A stretch of 64,000 bases of DNA from the human T2T-CHM13v2.0 reference genome, Homo sapiens. Position numbers and translations under genes: made by a program. The notes beneath the pieces are model-generated. The model was given only the letters and a program-made list of their open reading frames with translations. It was not told the origin of the DNA and did not search any database. Positions 58,478 through 64,000 of the stretch are shown piece after piece. Numbering within the stretch: the stretch's first letter is position 1; every line of letters begins with the position of its first letter. The DNA is taken from NCBI RefSeq assembly GCF_009914755.1, contig NC_060933.1; one strand, given 5' to 3'.

Positions 58478-59676
58478 TGTTTAAAATGCAGTCCCTTCTC
58501 TAGAAGATCTCAGTAGTCTAAGAGAGAATAATTTTTTTTTAATATACTACCGTAAGTGAATGTTAGGTCAGTTAGGTCGATTTTTTTTTCATTCTTGCAA
58601 GGAATCATTATGTCTAATAAAATATAATAAAGAGTTTATGGTATATTTGAACTGTCCTTAATGTTATTTTACTGAGTCCAGTTCTTTTGGCAGTGGTTTA
58701 GTTTCTTTAACAATCTGTATTCTACAACTTCACTCGTTGCCTTCCTTGTTTAACATTTATTTTTCAAAACCAGACATGTCTTTTGTCTTCAAAGGATAAA
58801 TGGAATTGGTTAGGAGAAGGATTGGGGAGGAGGGGGGTTGTGGCAAATGTCTAAAACCTATGTTTTATTCCCTTATTTTCTCAAAAATGTTAGCTCATGT
58901 TCACACGGGTTTATCTGTTTAGTCTAAGAAGTAGTTACTTTTGCTGTCTGGCCAAAGAGGTTCAGGACCCTGGAGCTTTGTTCTTTGGGACCCTGAAGGC
59001 AGCCTGGCAGGCAGAGCCCAGTATCACCTTTACAGCTACTTGATGGTGATCAAGAGCCAGCTGCTCTTCTTTCACCTGGCTGTTGGGGGAGGCACACCAA
59101 TATGGGTGGGCAGGAAAAGTTACTTCCCAGGCTGAAATTTTCCCACCGTAAACTTAGGCTGATAGGCTGACAGTCTGCACCTCTCTTCCTCAGCAGACAT
59201 TCCGATCAGCAGGCCAGTTTGTGACGCGTGCATGTGCACACTTCAGATTGCTTCTTCCACTTTCCTCTTTCCTGCTCAGGTTTCTCATAGGAGTAGGCTC
59301 CATGTAAGACTTCTGTCTTTTGTGAAAAAGAAAGCACGTATTTATAGAATGGAATTTCTTACTGAAAGAGGGTGCGGGCAGAATGGAGGATGACATGAAT
59401 CCTGACTCAGTAACATTTATGGAACCACTCTCTGGATGCCACACTTACTGTGGGCAGTTACCAAAAAAATCAGTTTGGCCTACCTGCCTCCTAATATAAT
59501 TTACCCTGCACACAAGGCAGTATCTTGAAGGTTATTTCAGTAGTACCCACGGAATTCTGCTTCCTTTAGGTAAGGAAAAGTATTCCCAAGAACAAAATAT
59601 ACAGGTTAAAGCCCATGTAATATAAAATTATGGCATTCATTGAAGAAAATACAGGCTATTCTAATTCCAGATCACA

Positions 59677-59974
59677 TTTATTTATTTATTTACGAGACAG
59701 AGTCTCGCCCTGTCACACAGGCTAAAGTGCAGTGGCGTGATCTCAGCTCACTGCAACCTCCACCTGCTGGTTCAAGCAATTCTCCTGCCTCAGCCTCCCG
59801 AGTAGCTGGGACTACAGGCACACGCCACCACACCCAGTTAATTTTTGTATTTTTACTAGAGACAGGGTTTCACCATATCGGCCAGGCTGGTCTGAAACTC
59901 CTGACCTGAAGTGATCTGCCCACCTCAGCCTCCCAAAGTGCTTAGATTACAGTCGTGAGCTACCATGCCTGGCC
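59677..59974 (-). mobile_element. AluSx with (TTTA)n tail
   Basis: TSD CCAGAT(C/T)ACATTT. Confidence 0.92.
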
Positions 59975-61321
59975 CCAGATTACATTTTTAAAATGAAGAA
60001 ACAGATATTTTCTCTTAGTCAAAATACTTATCGGAACAATTTTTTTTAAAGCAAAGATTGCATCATTTAAAAAAACATATTCACTCCTAGGCATCTGAAT
60101 CACTGCTTCACATGCACAGTAGACATTCGTGAAATTATTTTTTTAAATGATGATGAATGCCAGGGCTTGCTTTTTTTAAAAAAAAGTCTCCAACCACAAC
60201 ATCCAAACTGGTCATTTGGGAAGTGATGCTTCCATTCAGTAAGAAAGCTCCTGCACACTGGGTGAACAGGCGGTGTTTTCTCCTCTCATCGCTGACATTT
60301 AATACCTGTCTTGAGGCAAAATTGTCTCCACCTTATTAATCCATGGCTCCTCACGAGCCTTAAAACAGAGAATAAAACTTGTCAAAGAAGAAAAATAGAA
60401 AATTAGAGAAAATAACCTCACTACTTATTTTCAGGCACCTTGTGACTTAAGAAAATGTTTTTAAATGTGGACTCTACATTTTATGAACTTAAATTTAGTG
60501 TCTGTTGGTCAAAATCCACAGGACCTTTAGGAGAGAAAATGGCCATAACTAAGTACAAGCCTCTCTTTTTAAATGCTTACCCAGGTCAGTTAAAAGCTTC
60601 CTTGTAGTTCTGAATCCTCAGTTCTTGCTTTACAGCCAATACTTAAAAGGAACAGGGGAGAGCTACAGTGCTTTTGAATTTCAGAGAGGCCTCTTATTTG
60701 TGCCTCAAGAATAGTTTGTATAAATGTTATATTTCAAGCCACACAGTACTTAAAACCATCACACTGTTTAGTTTATCTAGTTGGGTAGAAGAGGGGGCAA
60801 GAGAACAAAGCAGTATTAAATTAGGGCAGCAGCATCAGGGACAGGCTGATGTGAGAGCACCTTCTTTCTTGGGATGGGTAGAGTATAATTGTCCCTTTGC
60901 CTATCGTCAGATTTGGGTGGCCCAGTTGCTTTAAATTTTGAAAACATGGGAGTATTAACGCAAAGAAGAGCCAACATTAGTTCAGAATAGCTGAATTCAT
61001 CATTCTTTTGGAACCAGTTTTGCTACTGTATAATGATAATAGCTCTTCAGCATTCATCTAGTGAGTGATAAAGATAAGTGATGATCCACAAGAAAGTTTA
61101 CCTTTGACTTGTGGGTGCTCACGGACTGCAGAATGCAGATGTTCGTAGATCAGCCGTACTGTAATTTTCAAGGATTTAATATGCAATACATTCCTATATT
61201 AAGATGTTGAAACATTAAAATATTAATAATTTGCAATGATTTTTAAATACTTTAAACAGGCTCTTCCACTGGTGAGATTGTTTTTCCAAGCAGAGTTAGC
61301 TAGTTTAAATTCTTTCGTTGT

Positions 61322-61612
61322 GGCTGGGTGCAGTGACTCACGCTTGTAATCCCAGCATTTTGGGAGTCTGAGGCGAGCAGATCACCTGAAGTCAGGAGTT
61401 CGAGACCAGCCTGGCCAACATGGCAAAACCCTGTGTCTACTAAAAATAAGAAAATTAGCCTAGTGTGGTGGTGTGCGCCTGTAATCCCAGCTGCTAGGGA
61501 GGCTGAGGCAGGAGAATCGCTTGAACCTCGGAGGCAGAGGTTGAGCCAAGATCACACCACTGCACTCCAGCCTGGGCAACAGAGCAAGACTCCCATCTAA
61601 AAAAAAAAAAAA
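61322..61612 (+). mobile_element. AluSx
   Basis: Dimeric Alu. TSD AAATT(C/G)TTT(C/T)GTTGT. Confidence 0.92.
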
Positions 61613-61872
61613 TTGTTTTGTTGTATTCTCAGTTGTCTATTTCAGGTCTAGGCAGGCAAGAAAACTTTGTCAGGTACACTGGTGTCTTCCAAAATGTGCA
61701 TCGTACCCTCTATTACTCAGTGTCATTAATCACATCCATTCCTTTCCCACCCTGTCTTGGAATAGGACATTAACTCTTCAACGATCTGCCCCCTAAATAA
61801 AACCTGCTTTCTTGGGCCATAGTAAACAACACGTAATTCTTTGCGAGAAAAGCAAAATAGTGATAATTATAA

Positions 61873-62159
61873 TTTTTTTTTTTGGAACGGAGTCTCGCAC
61901 TGTCACCCGGGCTGGAGAACAATGAATGGCGTGATTTCGGCTCACGGCAACCTACACCTCCCAGGTTCAAGCGATTCTCCTGCCTCTGCCTCCTGAGTAG
62001 CTGGGATTACGGGCGCCTGCCACCACACCCGGCTAATTTTTTGGTATTTTTTTAGTAGAGATGGGGTTTCACTATGTTGGCCAGGCTGGTCTCAAATGCC
62101 TGACCTCATGATCCAGCTGCCTTGGCTTCCCAGAGTGCTGGGATTACAGGCGTGAGCCA
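61873..62159 (-). mobile_element. AluS lacking its 5'-most ~12 nt
   Basis: The Alu body ends at CGTGAGCCA and runs into an AT-rich repeat. Confidence 0.9.
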
Positions 62160-62257
62160 ACTTTTAAAAATTAAAAAAATTTTTAAAAACCAACTTTTTA
62201 AATTTTCAAAAACCAATTTTAAAAACCAATTTTTAAAAAGCCAACTTTTAAAAATTT
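62155..62257. repeat. Imperfect (CCAAYTTTTAAAAA)n AT-rich tandem array
   Basis: Five CCAA(C/T)TTTT...AAAA units. AGCCAACTTTTAAAAATT is identical at 62155-62172 and 62239-62256. Confidence 0.85.
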
Positions 62258-63930
62258 AATATTGGAGCATAATAGAATTCAGCAATATAAGATTTGATTG
62301 GGAATAAGAAATAACATCTCTTTTAAAAATGACTACAGCCCTCTTAACAATTTTACTCTTAACCAATTTTGGGGTACCAGTTTACTAATTGATCAAATTC
62401 CAGATTGGAAATTAGTCATCATTTGATTAACCAGAGTTAAGCCTCTTGAATCAAATTCTCTAATTTATTATCTCCCATCTGATCTAAATTCTTTTTTAGG
62501 GGATAAATTGCCAAAACGCTTTCAGAATGCCCAGTACTAGAAATCTAAGCTATTCAATTCAGTCTCTTCTCTGTTTTCAGGCTCCTTTCCTGACCCTTTG
62601 GAGAACCTAATATATTTAGCTAAAAATTTTTCTTTGGGGCCTCACCTAATAAAGGTAAATAGAAAACTGATAGCTATCACATAACATACATATTGGTTAA
62701 TAATTGCAACCAAAAGTAAATTAATAATTTTGAGCTATTTATATTAGCTCTGCCAAAATTACATCATTAAATTTGGCCTTATGAAGCATTGCTGACTGTA
62801 GTAAAAACAAGTGTGAGCAAAGTCTTCATATGCACTGAGTCTGGTTTCAGTTCCACGTAATACTGACTTGGCAAGTGTGGAAATTCTCATGTCATCATTA
62901 CCAAAAAAAAGTGAGTTCACACAGGGATTTCTGATCAAGTGACCCATTACTGCGGGAAAAAACCACACATACAAAAGCCTTTGACCCCAGTAATTTTGTA
63001 TTGGTATATTTACCCTGATCTTAAACTGCAAGGAATGTCCGCAATTAGAGTTTTTCTTTGTTTTCTAAGTCTGAAACTTGATAATCCATTTCTGCCTTCC
63101 CATGACGAGTGGACATTCCTCCAGCCAGTGGTGAGTTCCTCTTTCCTTCGCTCTCAGCAAGAGCATGGGTTGCCCTCCCATCTCGTAAGCAGAGCCTACC
63201 ACAAACGCAGCTCAAATCTCAGTTTCCAGCCCTGCTTACTCACTCGCTTGTTCCTGAATCCCCACATTACCCATCATGGCATCTTACTCTGTAGACTTCA
63301 CATGTGAACTTTGCCCTCGCCGGTGGAAGGGGTACAGTCCAGATGGGAGATGAAATCCAAATGCTCCACCAAAGGGCTTTGGTTTGTTCTGGGGAGCCCT
63401 GGTGCTGCCGAAGCCTCTTGGGAAGGAAGGAGGGAAGAGGAGAAGAAAAGATACTAAGTTTGGTTTTCATTAAAAATTTTTCCAGGTTTTCTTTAAACTG
63501 ATAGGTTCAGGGTCTTTTTCATACAACAGTCTACTTTTAGAGCTTTTGTTCGTTTGTTGTGTCATGGGAATTTATAAGGGATGGAAGGAAAAGGGGGACA
63601 AGGAATGGTCTAATTTCGGTCAGTAGAAGAATACCTGAAACCTGTTTAAATTTATTTGGAACTAATGACTTCTACTTTTAGTATCCATAAAAGACTTCCC
63701 TTGGAGCACAAAGAAGTTAATAATCTGTGTATATTGTCACTTCATGCTCTTCTTAAGCGCTGTGTGTTGGGGCACTGCTCTAGGTGTGGTGAAAGACTGC
63801 TACAGGATAAATAAGTCATGGTCACTGCCCTGGAAAGAAGCTTAAAATCCAGTGGGAGTAAATGATAAATGCATAATGACCTAAATGTCAGATGGATCTA
63901 GTACGTACCTGGAGGATTGCATAGAAGCAT

Positions 63931-64000
63931 CCTGACAAGGGTGCCAAGAATACGCAATGGGGGAAAGGACAGTCTCTTCGAAGAATACTGTTGGGAAAAC
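63931..64000 (+). mobile_element. Start of an L1 (L1M/L1P) ORF2 fragment, running off the window
   Basis: GACAAGGGTGCCAAGAATACGCAATGGGGAAAGGACAGTCTCTTC translates as DKGAKNTQWGKDSLF (L1 ORF2). Confidence 0.85.

Overview
This is human (primate) nuclear DNA, not a microbial or viral window. Two AluYb8 copies with the diagnostic 7-bp duplication point specifically to Homo sapiens. I found no convincing protein-coding exon. The larger ORFs in the track are largely by-products of Alu, L1, L2 or LTR12 sequence, and the rest are short chance ORFs. By eye the + strand is T/G-rich and most L1 and ERV1 copies are antisense, so this is probably a very large intron of a gene transcribed on the + strand; I cannot name the host gene. 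The content is about 29 Alus (FLAM/J/S/Y/Yb8), L1PA/L1MB/L1MC/L1ME, L2, L3/CR1 and MIR fragments, solo LTRs (LTR8A, two LTR12, LTR22, two MST, MLT1), DNA-transposon fossils (MER82, MER5A, Tigger4b, MER8, MER30, MER20), a U6 retropseudogene and microsatellites. I see no new multi-gene biological system. The best leads are: (1) a perfect 57-bp tandem duplication of an ETS/NFAT motif block in a CpG-retaining enhancer-like region; (2) two near-identical AluYb8 copies 46 kb apart; (3) two independent, co-oriented LTR12 solo LTRs 2.4 kb apart, next to a CTCF-like site; (4) a motif-dense element at ~63 kb where a 10-bp inverted repeat brackets a candidate cryptic exon acceptor; and (5) an RFX/E-box element with an adjacent hairpin at ~12.8 kb. 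Subfamily names come from recalled consensus features, and boundaries of old repeats are approximate.
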